The notes beneath the pieces are model-generated. The model searched no databases, was not told the origin of the DNA, and saw nothing but the letters and a program-made list of their open reading frames with translations. The position numbers and the translations under genes were made by a program. From Candidatus Parcubacteria bacterium (lineage in GTDB: Bacteria > Patescibacteriota > Patescibacteriia > Patescibacteriales > UBA12075), in contig PKTK01000001.1 of assembly GCA_002869165.1 (NCBI GenBank), positions 510,005 to 574,004 of the forward strand: a stretch of DNA of 64,000 bases, given 5' to 3'. The stretch's first letter is position 1; the number at the start of each line of letters is the position of its first letter. Shown here piece by piece: positions 1-9,727 of the stretch.

Positions 1-163
1 CTTGATCAATCTCTTCATCTCTTGCCTCATCTTCAATAATCTCTTCGAATTCCTCAACCTCATTCTGCTTTGGAACTGGTTTTTTGGTAAACTCTGTCAC
101 TGAAGAATCGCGAAGGTTTATTTGGATATCGTTATTGTTTTCGTTGTTGTCTTTTTTACTCAT
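1..163 (-). CDS. hypothetical acidic protein, N-terminal part only (gene continues past the left edge)
   Basis: ATG at 161-163 overlaps (ATGA) the TGA stop of ORF 160-693. The frame stays open to position 1 (MSKKDNNENNNDIQINLRDSSVTEF...). Confidence 0.4.
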   Translation of the reverse strand, partial: MSKKDNNENNNDIQINLRDSSVTEFTKKPVPKQNEVEEFEEIIEDEARDEEIDQ

Positions 164-693
164 ATTGTATTATGAAGTTTGAGTATTTTATCAGTTTTAA
201 TTTTAGCTTCTTGTTCAAGAAAAAAATTATTTACTCCCTGTATCATTGAAAGCCATTTTTTAATTACATCCATTATTTTCCTAGCTGAATTCCTGCCATT
301 ATTTAAAATATCTTTAATAGTTCTAGTGGCATTCTCACCAGCTTGTTTGAATTGCGATCTTTGAACTGGGTCCATTTTTATATAAAGCCCTTCTAAGCCA
401 TCAGCTAGTATATTCTCTATTTCTTTTAGCTCTTTTTCATGCTGAAACCTGCTTTGACTTTGAGAAACAATGCTAGTAGGGCTAGCAATTTCTGCATTTG
501 TTTTTCCATCTTCTTCAACTAAGTCCTCTAAGGTCTTTTCGTTTTCAAAAGCATTGTCTGACTTTTCAGGTATAGACTTTTTTAGGCCTGGGTCTTCATG
601 AATAGGCGCTTCAAAATCCTTTAAATCGAACTTCTCAGCAATATTTATTTTTTCTTGATTGTTTTTTTCTTCCATGGCTATATTATACCACAT
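160..693 (-). CDS. hypothetical protein (177 aa; likely start at MEEKNNQ, position 675)
   Basis: Long ORF co-directional with its neighbours and coupled to the next gene by an ATGA overlap. No recognisable domain. Confidence 0.5.
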   Translation of the reverse strand: MWYNIAMEEKNNQEKINIAEKFDLKDFEAPIHEDPGLKKSIPEKSDNAFENEKTLEDLVEEDGKTNAEIASPTSIVSQSQSRFQHEKELKEIENILADGLEGLYIKMDPVQRSQFKQAGENATRTIKDILNNGRNSARKIMDVIKKWLSMIQGVNNFFLEQEAKIKTDKILKLHNTI

Positions 694-711
694 TTGGCAA
701 AAAAATAAAAA

Positions 712-1284
712 CTACTCAAATAAAACCTGAATCTCATATGCATCATCATTTTTTGCTAAACCACTTGGATTACTTTTTTGTATGATTAGTGATCCATTGT
801 TTTTATAATCAGGTTTTTCGAATTCCAAAGTGCCTTTGAAAGCGACCATTTCTTCGGTCATCCAATCACCATAAGCAGTTACATATCCTTCAGCTATTAT
901 AAGTCCGTCCCAATCGGTTAAAACAACCGGCATCGTAGCTTCAAAGAACCAAGTTCCTTTTGCTTCTCCCACAATTTTTAAGGGACTTGTGATTACTTGA
1001 TTGGGTCTAGGTAAATCTAATACAACTTCACTGATTTCAATTGGTCCCAAATCTACTTCCTCAACAAACAACTGGTCACCACTACGACATTGTCTAGGAT
1101 ATGACTCCATCACTGGATTGCCTTCCTGCACACAAGTGTCAAAGTCATTTATTTCTATATCCAAATCACCTTGTTTGCATTCCGTGCAAGTTAAGTCAAT
1201 TCCTTTAATAGATATATACTGCCATCCAATCAATAATAGGAGAATTAGGATTAATACTGATAGGATTAAATATTTTTTTAACAT
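712..1284 (-). CDS. membrane-anchored Gmad2 immunoglobulin-like domain protein
   Basis: N-terminal TM helix (LILSVLILILLLLIGW). The C-terminal part (ITSPLKIVGEAKGTWFFEATMPVVLTDWDGLIIAEGYV...FKGTLEF) matches the Gmad2 Ig-like pattern. Confidence 0.6.
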   Translation of the reverse strand: MLKKYLILSVLILILLLLIGWQYISIKGIDLTCTECKQGDLDIEINDFDTCVQEGNPVMESYPRQCRSGDQLFVEEVDLGPIEISEVVLDLPRPNQVITSPLKIVGEAKGTWFFEATMPVVLTDWDGLIIAEGYVTAYGDWMTEEMVAFKGTLEFEKPDYKNNGSLIIQKSNPSGLAKNDDAYEIQVLFE

Positions 1285-1316
1285 ATTTTTTTAACAATTT
1301 ATCTAACAAAATAGAT

Positions 1317-2603
1317 TTACCTACCCCGCCACTGCTTATCCTGTCTAACTAATAATTCTTCAGCTCTTAATGGTTCGGCCATTAGTTCTAGAACTATTTT
1401 TTCCATTCTCATTCCTTGTGAACCTTTAACCAGCATAAGATCATTTTGCTTAATCCTATTTTGCAAGAATTTCCCAGCCTCTTCAGATTTATCAAAAGCA
1501 AATACATCCTCTTCTCTCATGCCATTCTCTTTGGCGCTTCTAGCTATATCCTTTGCCCTTTCACCAACTACTACCAATTTATCAATCTTGCTTTTAGCAA
1601 CGTACTCACCAACTTGCCTATGACTATCAACACTAACAGGACCTAGTTCAAGCATATCTCCAAGCACTGCATACTTTTTTGCTCCTTCATCTATTTTGGC
1701 AATTTTCAATGCGCTAACTGCCAACAAAGCTGATTTTGGCTCAGAATTATAAGTATCATCAATAATACTAGTGTGCTTGATACCTTCTACAACATTGAGT
1801 CTTCCCACAGGAGATTTGTAATCTCGCAGATATTCACATACCTTGTCCAAATTCACGTTATAAATAATACCCACACAAATTGCCGCCAAACTTGAATATA
1901 CTGCACCCAAACCTATCACATTGGGTAATTCCACTCTATGTCTAGCTCCTAGATATTTAAGCTCATAGCCAACACCTTTTAATTTATTTTCCTTGTCGTA
2001 GTTAAAATGGATATTTCTAGCGCTCACTACAGAATTTTCACTTAGTCCAAAAGAAATAACTCTAGCCTCTTATTTTTCTGCCATTTTCTTTGTCCCTTCA
2101 TCGTCAAAATTTATAATTGCATAACCTGCTTTTTCAATTGAAGAAATTAACTTACCTTTCTCAGCTTGTAGTGCTTCCCTGTTTTTAAAATGCTCGAGAT
2201 GAACCGAACCAACCAATGTAGCAACACCAATAATAGGTTTGGCGATTTCTGTTAAATAATCCATATCTCCTGGTTTATCTATCCCCATTTCCAGTATCAA
2301 TATTTCAGGATAATTTTTATCTTCTACTATCAAAAGCCAAAGAACTTTAAAACCGATAATAATCCAACCGAAAATATTTTTACCTGGAGAATAAGAGCCA
2401 ATTATTGTAAGTGGTAGACCAATTTCGTTATTATAATTTTTTTCTGACTGCCTAACGCGCTTCTCTTTTTTTAAAATACTATATATCGCCTCCTTAGTAC
2501 TAGTTTTACCAACCGAACCAGTAATAGCAATCACTGCTGGTTGATATTTTTTCAGTATCAGTTTAGCCCAATACCGAAGTTTTAATTCAATAAATTTTTT
2601 CAT
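1317..2603 (-). CDS. murF: UDP-N-acetylmuramoyl-tripeptide--D-alanyl-D-alanine ligase MurF; ORF-track pieces 2070-2603 and 1317-2027 lie in one frame across an in-frame TAA at 2070-2072
   Basis: Mur ligase P-loop ITGSVGKTSTKE in the N-terminal piece and the Mur ligase C-terminal domain (DDTYNSEPKSALLAV..., VLGDMLELG) in the other. The junction reads ...KKMAEK*EARVISFGLSENSVVSARNIHF. Confidence 0.8.
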
Positions 2604-2654
2604 ATATTTTCATTTATCCTCCTCCTTTCGAGATACCAAGGGACAATAATTTGT

Positions 2655-3281
2655 TCAAGTCCCAATAGACACTGGTGTTTTAATATTCTTGTGCTCTGAA
2701 ATATGAGCAAATAGGTCAATTATTGTCTTTAGTATGGCAAAAGCTAATAAAAATAGCAATGTTTGATTGGTAGAAGCAATTATGAATCCTCCTGCGATAA
2801 GAATTATGTGCAAAAAAATCACTCTTTTATAAGGAGCAAAGATCAAATCAAATGGACGTTTTTTTTCAAACTCTTTAGCTCCAATATAGTTTATAAAAAA
2901 CGATAATGTGTGACTTGCAAGTACAGCCAAAAATCCCATAAATACACTTTGCCAACTAAAACCGTATTTTGAAAATAAAGTAAATACAAAAACCCCGTGC
3001 ACCAAAGTAAAAACCCCATAATGAACTATAAAGAAAGGCAAAACAAAAACCTTGCTAGTCAATTTTCTTACTTTAGACACTAAAGGATTAGCTTCAACGA
3101 CTGTCTCTTTTATAAGAAGAATTTTAAATACATTAAATATCCCAATAATCAAATTTTCTGACCAGTACACAAACATAAGCGTGAACAAAGTAAAATTATG
3201 ATTATACACACCATAAACCAAAGCCATGTTTGACATTATCAGAATTAATGATGAAATTTTAAGATTGTTATTCAAATTCAT
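2655..3281 (-). CDS. polytopic membrane protein, unknown function
   Basis: 208 aa with about 6 hydrophobic segments; co-directional with murF. Confidence 0.5.
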   Translation of the reverse strand: MNLNNNLKISSLILIMSNMALVYGVYNHNFTLFTLMFVYWSENLIIGIFNVFKILLIKETVVEANPLVSKVRKLTSKVFVLPFFIVHYGVFTLVHGVFVFTLFSKYGFSWQSVFMGFLAVLASHTLSFFINYIGAKEFEKKRPFDLIFAPYKRVIFLHIILIAGGFIIASTNQTLLFLLAFAILKTIIDLFAHISEHKNIKTPVSIGT

Positions 3282-3406
3282 ATCAATATATTAATATTAT
3301 CTATTATTTTTCATCTCTTTATTTTTTCTTTGTTAATCAAGAATAATTTAGTAGAAGAATAAATATAATTATGATAAAATAAAAATATAATTCATAAAAT
3401 AACCAT

Positions 3407-3937
3407 ATGGAAGGATTTTTGCGTTTTTCAAGAATATATCTTCTATCAATATTTAGTGTTGGTATTACATATTTAATTATTATTACTATTGGTCGTATAG
3501 TAGAAAGTTTTTCACCTTCGAATCAATCCTTTACGAGTGTTGGCGGTATAGTTGCATTAATAATGCTTCCTTTTGTCTCGCTAGTAACGACAGTAATAAT
3601 TAATATCCTTTTCAAAAAAGATTTTGAATATGCTATTGTAAATATATTATTATCGATATGTTTTTTTATAATAAATTTTTTTCTATTTATTCAAATAGAT
3701 ATTATCATTAAAATAGCATTATTTTACATTCCAACAATTCTTATAAGCACACCTTTAGTAGTTTTTGGTGTACTAGATTTAAAAACTTTTTATATTAAAA
3801 AGAAAACCAAACGTGAATATAAACATAATTTTAAAACTTATAAAATATCTATCATTATTACCTTGCTTCTATATGCTATTCTTATGATATTAATAAACAC
3901 TTTACCATCAAATTATTATATTTTTAACCCTTACTAA
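3407..3937 (+). CDS. polytopic membrane protein, unknown function
   Basis: 176 aa, very hydrophobic, followed by a terminator hairpin at 3961-3987. Confidence 0.45.
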   Translation: MEGFLRFSRIYLLSIFSVGITYLIIITIGRIVESFSPSNQSFTSVGGIVALIMLPFVSLVTTVIINILFKKDFEYAIVNILLSICFFIINFFLFIQIDIIIKIALFYIPTILISTPLVVFGVLDLKTFYIKKKTKREYKHNFKTYKISIIITLLLYAILMILINTLPSNYYIFNPY

Positions 3938-3960
3938 AAAATATCGACCATAGCATAAAA

Positions 3961-3987
3961 ACAGCTACAACTAAAAGCTGTTTTTTG
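3961..3987 (+). terminator. rho-independent terminator candidate
   Basis: acagct-acaactaaa-agctgt followed by tttttg. Confidence 0.65.
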
Positions 3988-4044
3988 TTCCCTGCAAAAT
4001 CATGTTAATTATTATAATATAATTCAAATTCATAATATTGTTTT

Positions 4045-4076
4045 GTGTATCTTTAAAGATATCTTTAAAGATACAC
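4045..4076. repeat. perfect 32-bp palindrome
   Basis: gtgtatctttaaagat|atctttaaagatacac, lying between convergent genes. Confidence 0.9.
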
Positions 4077-4090
4077 ATGGCAAACAATAG

Positions 4091-4139
4091 AAAAAACTAA
4101 CGATGAACATACCAATGAACATACTATGGTATGTTCATC
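4091..4139 (-). terminator. rho-independent terminator candidate for 4178-6049
   Basis: 12-bp stem gatgaacatacc/ggtatgttcatc. On the minus strand it is followed by a T-run (aaaaaac on plus). Confidence 0.65.
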
Positions 4140-4177
4140 ATTTATAACTATGATGAATAAAAAAACTAAATCAATTA

Positions 4178-6049
4178 TTATTCCATCTTCCCTTCACTCT
4201 TTGGATTATAACCATTAGCAACTTCCACTCCATCACCATATCCATCACCATCTGTATCTGGATTATTTTTGTCTGTACCTAATTCATCTTCTCGTTCATC
4301 TATCAATAAGTCACCATCAGTATCAGTTCCTCTAGTAGCGCCTGAATATGTAATAGCCTGCATAATATTCCAGTCATCGGTTGAACTTGGATTATAGCCA
4401 TAAATTGCTCTAAATGTTTTAATTCCTTGAGTTTCTGAGTCTAAGTTTCTATTCTCTGCTTTTTGCCTTAGTCCATAAGCCATAACTGTAACTGCAGCGT
4501 TATCGCTAGCTACATTCATATCAGCAATTCTTTTGTATATTTTTTGGAATTGTTCCTTGGCCCTCTTTTCAGCTTCTTCGTTTGTTATACTTGGCCATCT
4601 ACCATTAGCTATTTTAATAGCATCAGCTAATTCTTCTTCATTTTCAGGCAACTTATCAAAGGCTGATTTATACGAATATATTACAGCTGCTCTTTCGCAC
4701 TCACCTAATTGCTTGGTATTCTCATCTACTCCGTAAGTAATAAAGTTGTTAAGTGCGTTCTGCATATTCTCTGACACTTCATTTGTGTCCTTTGTCAGGT
4801 TTGATAAATACTTAATTCTAGCTTCTTGTTCACGAGTTTCGTCTTGTGACTCATGCAATTCTAAAAGAATTTCATCAAGCTTTTGAGAGTGGAGACGAGA
4901 TGCACTTAACTCAATGTCAATAATATCCTGAGTTTTTTTACATACTCCCTCACTGCAACCATCTACACATTTTATTAAGCTAAATATCTCGTCCGAGCCA
5001 GTATATTCATCAATATCATTAATATTACAAGACCCCTCTAACACATAGCAATCTTCACCTTCACAAGTATTGCTGCCCGTCTCACCAAATATTTCTTTAT
5101 AGCTTGTATAAAACTTTCCATCTTTTTCAAAACTATATCCACCCGAACTATTTTTTCCTGAAAACACACATACATCATTGTAATGCCTCAAATTATTGTC
5201 AAAATTAATAGTAACTCTACCAAATTTATATACATTAGTTCCTTTATCACTGTCCACACATTCTGATTCACCGTTTATTGCTTCAAAATCCTTTATTTCA
5301 CTATCGGCGTCTTGAATACATTCACCCATGTTGCAACCATATGCACAATGCCAATATTTACTGCGTGGTATATTATTGTCGCAAACTGTTTCCTTTACTA
5401 GACAATTAATTCCATAACACTTGTCGACAAGCTCTTTTATTACTCCATCCTCACTGAGCGCACAAGCATCATTATACTCCCTCTCTCCCATTAGCACTAC
5501 TCCATATTCATCATAATTTAAGCCATTATCAGAATCGCTGCACACTGGAACAGAAAGTGGCTCTCCATCTCCTATCTTCACTTGCATTTTATATGTGTTA
5601 TTTTCCTCATTTAACTCCTCTATTGTATTGCTTTTAGCCTCATTAATAATATTGTTATCTACTCGAAAAGTAAAAGTTTCATCGATGCTTGAATCATTTG
5701 AAAAAATATAAGATCCGGATAAAGTAACTGTATATAATTTATCCTTTTCCATGCTCACCCCTGAGTTTTCAACATAAAAACTTGAACAACTTTTAAATCC
5801 TCCCCAATACTCTGCTGTTGGTTCAGTTGTCACGCAAACTGAAAAATCACTATCCACAGAGATTTCAGATAAATTTTTTATATATACCTTAAAATATAAT
5901 GATTGTTTATCAGAAAAAGAAGAATCTTCCAGAATTTTTTCTACATTATCAATGGTTAAATCAGGAAGACTTTCAGTTGACTGAGCCTGAACTCCTACAC
6001 ATAAAAATATTGCAAAAAAGATACTTGATACCAACATCCTTATTTTCAT
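4178..6049 (-). CDS. secreted Cys-rich repeat protein with C-terminal calcium-binding (thrombospondin type 3-like DxDxDG) repeats
   Basis: Signal peptide MKIRMLVSSIFFAIFLCVGVQA. Two internal Cys-rich modules (CSDSDNGLNY..., CVDSDKGTNVY...). C-terminus DTDGDLLIDERE...DTDGDGYGDGVEVANGYNP. Confidence 0.6.
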   Translation of the reverse strand: MKIRMLVSSIFFAIFLCVGVQAQSTESLPDLTIDNVEKILEDSSFSDKQSLYFKVYIKNLSEISVDSDFSVCVTTEPTAEYWGGFKSCSSFYVENSGVSMEKDKLYTVTLSGSYIFSNDSSIDETFTFRVDNNIINEAKSNTIEELNEENNTYKMQVKIGDGEPLSVPVCSDSDNGLNYDEYGVVLMGEREYNDACALSEDGVIKELVDKCYGINCLVKETVCDNNIPRSKYWHCAYGCNMGECIQDADSEIKDFEAINGESECVDSDKGTNVYKFGRVTINFDNNLRHYNDVCVFSGKNSSGGYSFEKDGKFYTSYKEIFGETGSNTCEGEDCYVLEGSCNINDIDEYTGSDEIFSLIKCVDGCSEGVCKKTQDIIDIELSASRLHSQKLDEILLELHESQDETREQEARIKYLSNLTKDTNEVSENMQNALNNFITYGVDENTKQLGECERAAVIYSYKSAFDKLPENEEELADAIKIANGRWPSITNEEAEKRAKEQFQKIYKRIADMNVASDNAAVTVMAYGLRQKAENRNLDSETQGIKTFRAIYGYNPSSTDDWNIMQAITYSGATRGTDTDGDLLIDEREDELGTDKNNPDTDGDGYGDGVEVANGYNPKSEGKME

Positions 6050-6077
6050 AATTTTTATTTAATTTTAAATATTAACT

Positions 6078-6106
6078 CGTAATTGTTAATTCGTAATTCG
6101 TAATTG
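6078..6106. repeat. heptamer micro-array (CGTAATT-like x4)
   Basis: cgtaatt gttaatt cgtaatt cgtaatt g, in the spacer between the ftsI stop and the next start. Confidence 0.8.
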
Positions 6107-6110
6107 ATTT

Positions 6111-8072
6111 TCATCTCTCTTTATCAACTTGATAATAATTCAATATAAACTCAGCAAGTTCGCCAAAAAGCGGAGCGGCTGATGAAGCTGAGTATTCTAC
6201 ACTTTTGGGGTCATCAAGTTTGACCAACATCACAAACTTAGGATCATCAACTGGAGCAAAGCCAACAAAAGAGTGGATGGTTTTATTGCTATAACCTCCT
6301 ACTCCAGCAACTTGAGCTGTTCCTGTCTTGCCAGCAACATAATAGCCGTCAACAGCGGCTAGAGTAGCATGTCCTCCATCAACTACATTCACAAGCATCC
6401 CAGAAACTAACAATGCGGTGCGCTCAGATACTACTCGTCCAAGTTGAGCAGGTTGAGTTTTGAAAATTGTGCCATCTGGGTTTACAATCTCAGCAACCAA
6501 GTGAGGTTTAATGAGCATCCCTCCATTAGCAATTACCGAATAGGCTGATATAATTTGCAAAGGAGTAGCTGTGATACCCTGTCCAAATGAAGCAGTGGCA
6601 ATTTCTACCGGACGCATTGTGGTTCTAAGTAAATTTTCAATATTGGACACGCCCTCTGTTTCTAATTCAATGCCAGTTTTCTCACCAAACCCGAATTTTC
6701 TTACATATTTAGAAAATTTTTCATAACCCAATTCTTCGACAGCAAAAATTGTTCCCGTATTGAGAGATTCCTCCAGCACAGTTTTCATGTCAACATTACC
6801 ATGACCACCATGAGTTTCATAGTCAGAATTTTTGATCGGCTTATCCCAACCTTCAACCATATCATAGCCTTTGTCAAAATAAGTTGTTTCTGGCTCTATT
6901 ACTCCATCATCAATAGCGGCCGCCAAAGTGATTGTCTTGAAAATTGAACCAGGTTCATAAGCATCAAAAATCGCTGGATTATTATACACATTTGTATCAT
7001 CAACCTCGTTATAATGATTTGGATCATAATCAGGCCATGAACACATAGCTAATATAGCCCCAGTGTTTGGTTCCATTACAATTACAGTCCCTCCATCAGC
7101 GCCATACCTCATTGCTTCCTCTTCCAATCTCTTGCAAGCAACATACTGAATCGATCTATCGATTGTTAGTATCAAAGAACTACCATCACGCGCTTCTTCA
7201 TATTCTCGATCATTGATAATTATCAGATCACCATTGGCTGCTCTTTCGGCTTTGATAAAACCTCTTCTACCGGAAAGCTCCTCATCAAAAAAACCCTCCA
7301 ATCCGTACCTGCCAGCTTCCTCATCTCCCTGATAACCCACAAAACCAATAAGCTGCGAACCGTAATTTTTCTCTGGATAATACCTATGTTTTTCATACAT
7401 ATAGTCCAGTCCTTCTGTATCAATTGCCAAAACTTTTTCTAGATCCTCATCCTCCACCTTTTTCTTAATTGGTTCGTATGGGTCATCCGGTTTATTGAGT
7501 CTAGCCATATATGACTCAACAGCTTCTATTTTTCTTATCTTTAATTCGGCCTCCTTTTTTATTTCATAAAATTCCTTTAATTCTTCATACTCCTGAACAT
7601 TCAGAGCAACCTCTTCACTTTCTCCATCATCTTCCCATTCCTCTGGAAAAAGCGCCTTAAAATATTCGTCAGCTTTCAATTCCTCATCCAGTTCCTCAAC
7701 AACTCTTGTTTCATCAAAAATTTTATATAATTCATTGGCCACATAATCAGGATTTTTTATTTTTTTTGGTATCGCATATAAAAATGCAAAATCCTTGTTA
7801 GTGGCAATAGGATAAAGATCCACCTCGGTATTTTCACTTTTGTCTTGGATAAAAATTCTACCACGCATCGCTTCTATCTCGTTATTCACCAAATGCTGAT
7901 CATTGGCCAAAGCTATATACAAATCACTTTTAAAAAGCTGTAAATAAGCTAGTCTAGCCATCAAAGCAAAACCAAATAAAAAAATAATCGTTATCAAAAT
8001 ATTCAAACGACTATTTTTGTTCTTATTTCCTTGTTTTCTTTTTCTTTTTTTACCGCTGCCTCGATAAATCAT
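6111..8072 (-). CDS. ftsI: penicillin-binding protein 2/FtsI-type peptidoglycan D,D-transpeptidase
   Basis: N-terminal TM anchor, SxxK motif (SIFKTITLAAAI), KTG motif (GKTGTAQV), and position in the dcw cluster after the ftsL-like gene. Confidence 0.85.
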   Translation of the reverse strand: MIYRGSGKKRKRKQGNKNKNSRLNILITIIFLFGFALMARLAYLQLFKSDLYIALANDQHLVNNEIEAMRGRIFIQDKSENTEVDLYPIATNKDFAFLYAIPKKIKNPDYVANELYKIFDETRVVEELDEELKADEYFKALFPEEWEDDGESEEVALNVQEYEELKEFYEIKKEAELKIRKIEAVESYMARLNKPDDPYEPIKKKVEDEDLEKVLAIDTEGLDYMYEKHRYYPEKNYGSQLIGFVGYQGDEEAGRYGLEGFFDEELSGRRGFIKAERAANGDLIIINDREYEEARDGSSLILTIDRSIQYVACKRLEEEAMRYGADGGTVIVMEPNTGAILAMCSWPDYDPNHYNEVDDTNVYNNPAIFDAYEPGSIFKTITLAAAIDDGVIEPETTYFDKGYDMVEGWDKPIKNSDYETHGGHGNVDMKTVLEESLNTGTIFAVEELGYEKFSKYVRKFGFGEKTGIELETEGVSNIENLLRTTMRPVEIATASFGQGITATPLQIISAYSVIANGGMLIKPHLVAEIVNPDGTIFKTQPAQLGRVVSERTALLVSGMLVNVVDGGHATLAAVDGYYVAGKTGTAQVAGVGGYSNKTIHSFVGFAPVDDPKFVMLVKLDDPKSVEYSASSAAPLFGELAEFILNYYQVDKER

Positions 8073-8082
8073 ATTTTTTTAA

Positions 8083-8463
8083 CTACCTTTTTGCCACAAC
8101 GCCATCAACCACTGTAAAGTAATCAATATTATCCACTTTTACCATACCGATTTTTTTTGCTTTTTCATTTATATTTTCATACGATTCCAAAGCCATTGCT
8201 TCTAACTCATATCTTTCATTTTCAATTTGAAGTTCATTTATTGTTACCTTTAAATCTTGTAAGATAAAACCTTTAATTGATAGATCGTTTATACTTACAA
8301 CATATCCTACCATAAATACTACAATCAATAAAGCTATGCTTTTATTTAATATTGAATGCAATCTTTCTCGATTTGCCTTAATAATTTCAAGACTTCTATC
8401 ACTAAAAGATGACGTTTTGTTTTTATTTGCCCCGCAAATAGGTATTTTTGAATTTCTTGTCAT
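8083..8463 (-). CDS. FtsL-like cell division protein (single TM helix plus coiled coil)
   Basis: 126 aa with a TM helix (ALLIVVFMVGYVV) followed by a coiled-coil stretch. It sits between rsmH and ftsI, so the call is positional. Confidence 0.45.
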   Translation of the reverse strand: MTRNSKIPICGANKNKTSSFSDRSLEIIKANRERLHSILNKSIALLIVVFMVGYVVSINDLSIKGFILQDLKVTINELQIENERYELEAMALESYENINEKAKKIGMVKVDNIDYFTVVDGVVAKR

Positions 8464-8516
8464 TATTATCCTATGTCTTATGGGGAAAAGACATTTTGTT
8501 TGAATTTTTATTTTTG

Positions 8517-8580
8517 TTTTGAATTGCGTGTGAGCAATTCATCCGCCATGCCGAAGACACTTTGGGCGGATAACTTGAAT
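8517..8580. repeat. GC-rich two-hairpin element, copy 1 (copy 2 at 48437-48496)
   Basis: ttttgaattgcgtgtgagcaattcatccgccatgccgaagacactttgggcggataac. Stems are gaattgc/gcaattc and atccgcc/ggcggat. Confidence 0.7.
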
Positions 8581-8609
8581 CACGTACACACTTTATTTTA
8601 TACCAAAAA

Positions 8610-9548
8610 CTATAATTTCTCTGCTACTCTCAGTTTAGCGCTTCTAGCTCTTGGATTCTTTAGAAGCTCCTCTTTGCCTGCTTCCAAAGGTTTTTTGTTG
8701 ACTACTTTTAGTCTTGCCTTGTGATTACATCTACACACCGGAATTTCAGGTGGGCAAATGCAATCACGAGACTCATCCTTGAAAAAATTTTTAACCACCC
8801 TATCTTCCAGGCTATGAAAACTAACTACAATCAAACGCCCTTTTTCTTTTAATTTATTAAGCGCCTGAGGTAGAGCGGATTCCAATCTCTCTATCTCATG
8901 ATTGCTAGCGATTCTAATAGCCTGGAAAGTTTTGGTAGCAAAATGAATTTTTGATTTGTGTAAATAACTAGTTGGCACTCCTCCCCGTACTGCCTCCAGT
9001 AATTCACTTATCTTTGTTATTTTTTTCTCACGTCTTACTCTGATAATTGACTTAGTAATACTTCGAGCAAAACGCTCCTCCCCGTATTCTTTTAAAATAC
9101 GAATTAATTCCTTTTCTTTTGCATAATTAACTATTTCAATTGTTTCATTATCTTCCTCTCCTAGCCCTTCAAAGGTCATATCCAAAACTGCATCACTGCG
9201 AAAGGACATTCCTCTGCCTAGATCGTCAATTTGCGCACTAGATATCCCAAGGTCCATCACCACTAGTGCAAATTCTTTTTCTTTGATTCTATTATCAATT
9301 TCATTAAAGCCTGCATTTATAAGTTCGATGTTATTTAGTTTCTCCTCTTTGATCTTGACTTGAGCATTTTTTATTGCCCGCTTGTCTAGATCAAAACTAA
9401 ATACTTTGCCTTTTTCACCCACTTTCTTGGCTAGTTCAAGTGTATAACTAGCTCCACCTAGTGTACAATCAATCACAAAATCTCCTTTCTTTAAACAGGC
9501 GTTCTCCATTACCTCCTTAAGTAATACTGGGATATGTTTGTATTTCAT
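8610..9548 (-). CDS. rsmH: 16S rRNA (cytosine1402-N4)-methyltransferase RsmH
   Basis: 312 aa; MKYKHIPVLLKEV..., DCTLGGASYT, DLGISSAQID, FHSLEDRVVK. Full-length RsmH/MraW pattern. Confidence 0.9.
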   Translation of the reverse strand: MKYKHIPVLLKEVMENACLKKGDFVIDCTLGGASYTLELAKKVGEKGKVFSFDLDKRAIKNAQVKIKEEKLNNIELINAGFNEIDNRIKEKEFALVVMDLGISSAQIDDLGRGMSFRSDAVLDMTFEGLGEEDNETIEIVNYAKEKELIRILKEYGEERFARSITKSIIRVRREKKITKISELLEAVRGGVPTSYLHKSKIHFATKTFQAIRIASNHEIERLESALPQALNKLKEKGRLIVVSFHSLEDRVVKNFFKDESRDCICPPEIPVCRCNHKARLKVVNKKPLEAGKEELLKNPRARSAKLRVAEKL

Positions 9549-9571
9549 CTAAACCACTTTTCTAATTTCTA

Positions 9572-9709
9572 TTAAATTACCAACGCTTTGGCTCTAGCTA
9601 AAACTATTGTTCTTAGTTCATCGGTATTAACTAATGGCGCTTTTATCACTCTAACTCTAACTGACTTTCTGTCAGCTTTGCCAGATTGGCATTTTATTTT
9701 TTTTGTCAT
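9572..9709 (-). CDS. possible small basic protein (45 aa)
   Basis: ATG..TAA ORF MTKKIKCQSGKADRKSVRVRVIKAPLVNTDELRTIVLARAKALVI fills the protease-rsmH gap. No SD and no homology recognised. Confidence 0.25.
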   Translation of the reverse strand: MTKKIKCQSGKADRKSVRVRVIKAPLVNTDELRTIVLARAKALVI

Positions 9710-9727
9710 TTTGTTTTTGTTTTATTT

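Noticed and set aside
8473-8724. 83-aa plus-strand ORF between ftsL-like and rsmH.
   Set aside because: It covers the GC-rich hairpin element and the antisense of the rsmH 3' end. It has no SD and lies on the opposite strand to the operon.
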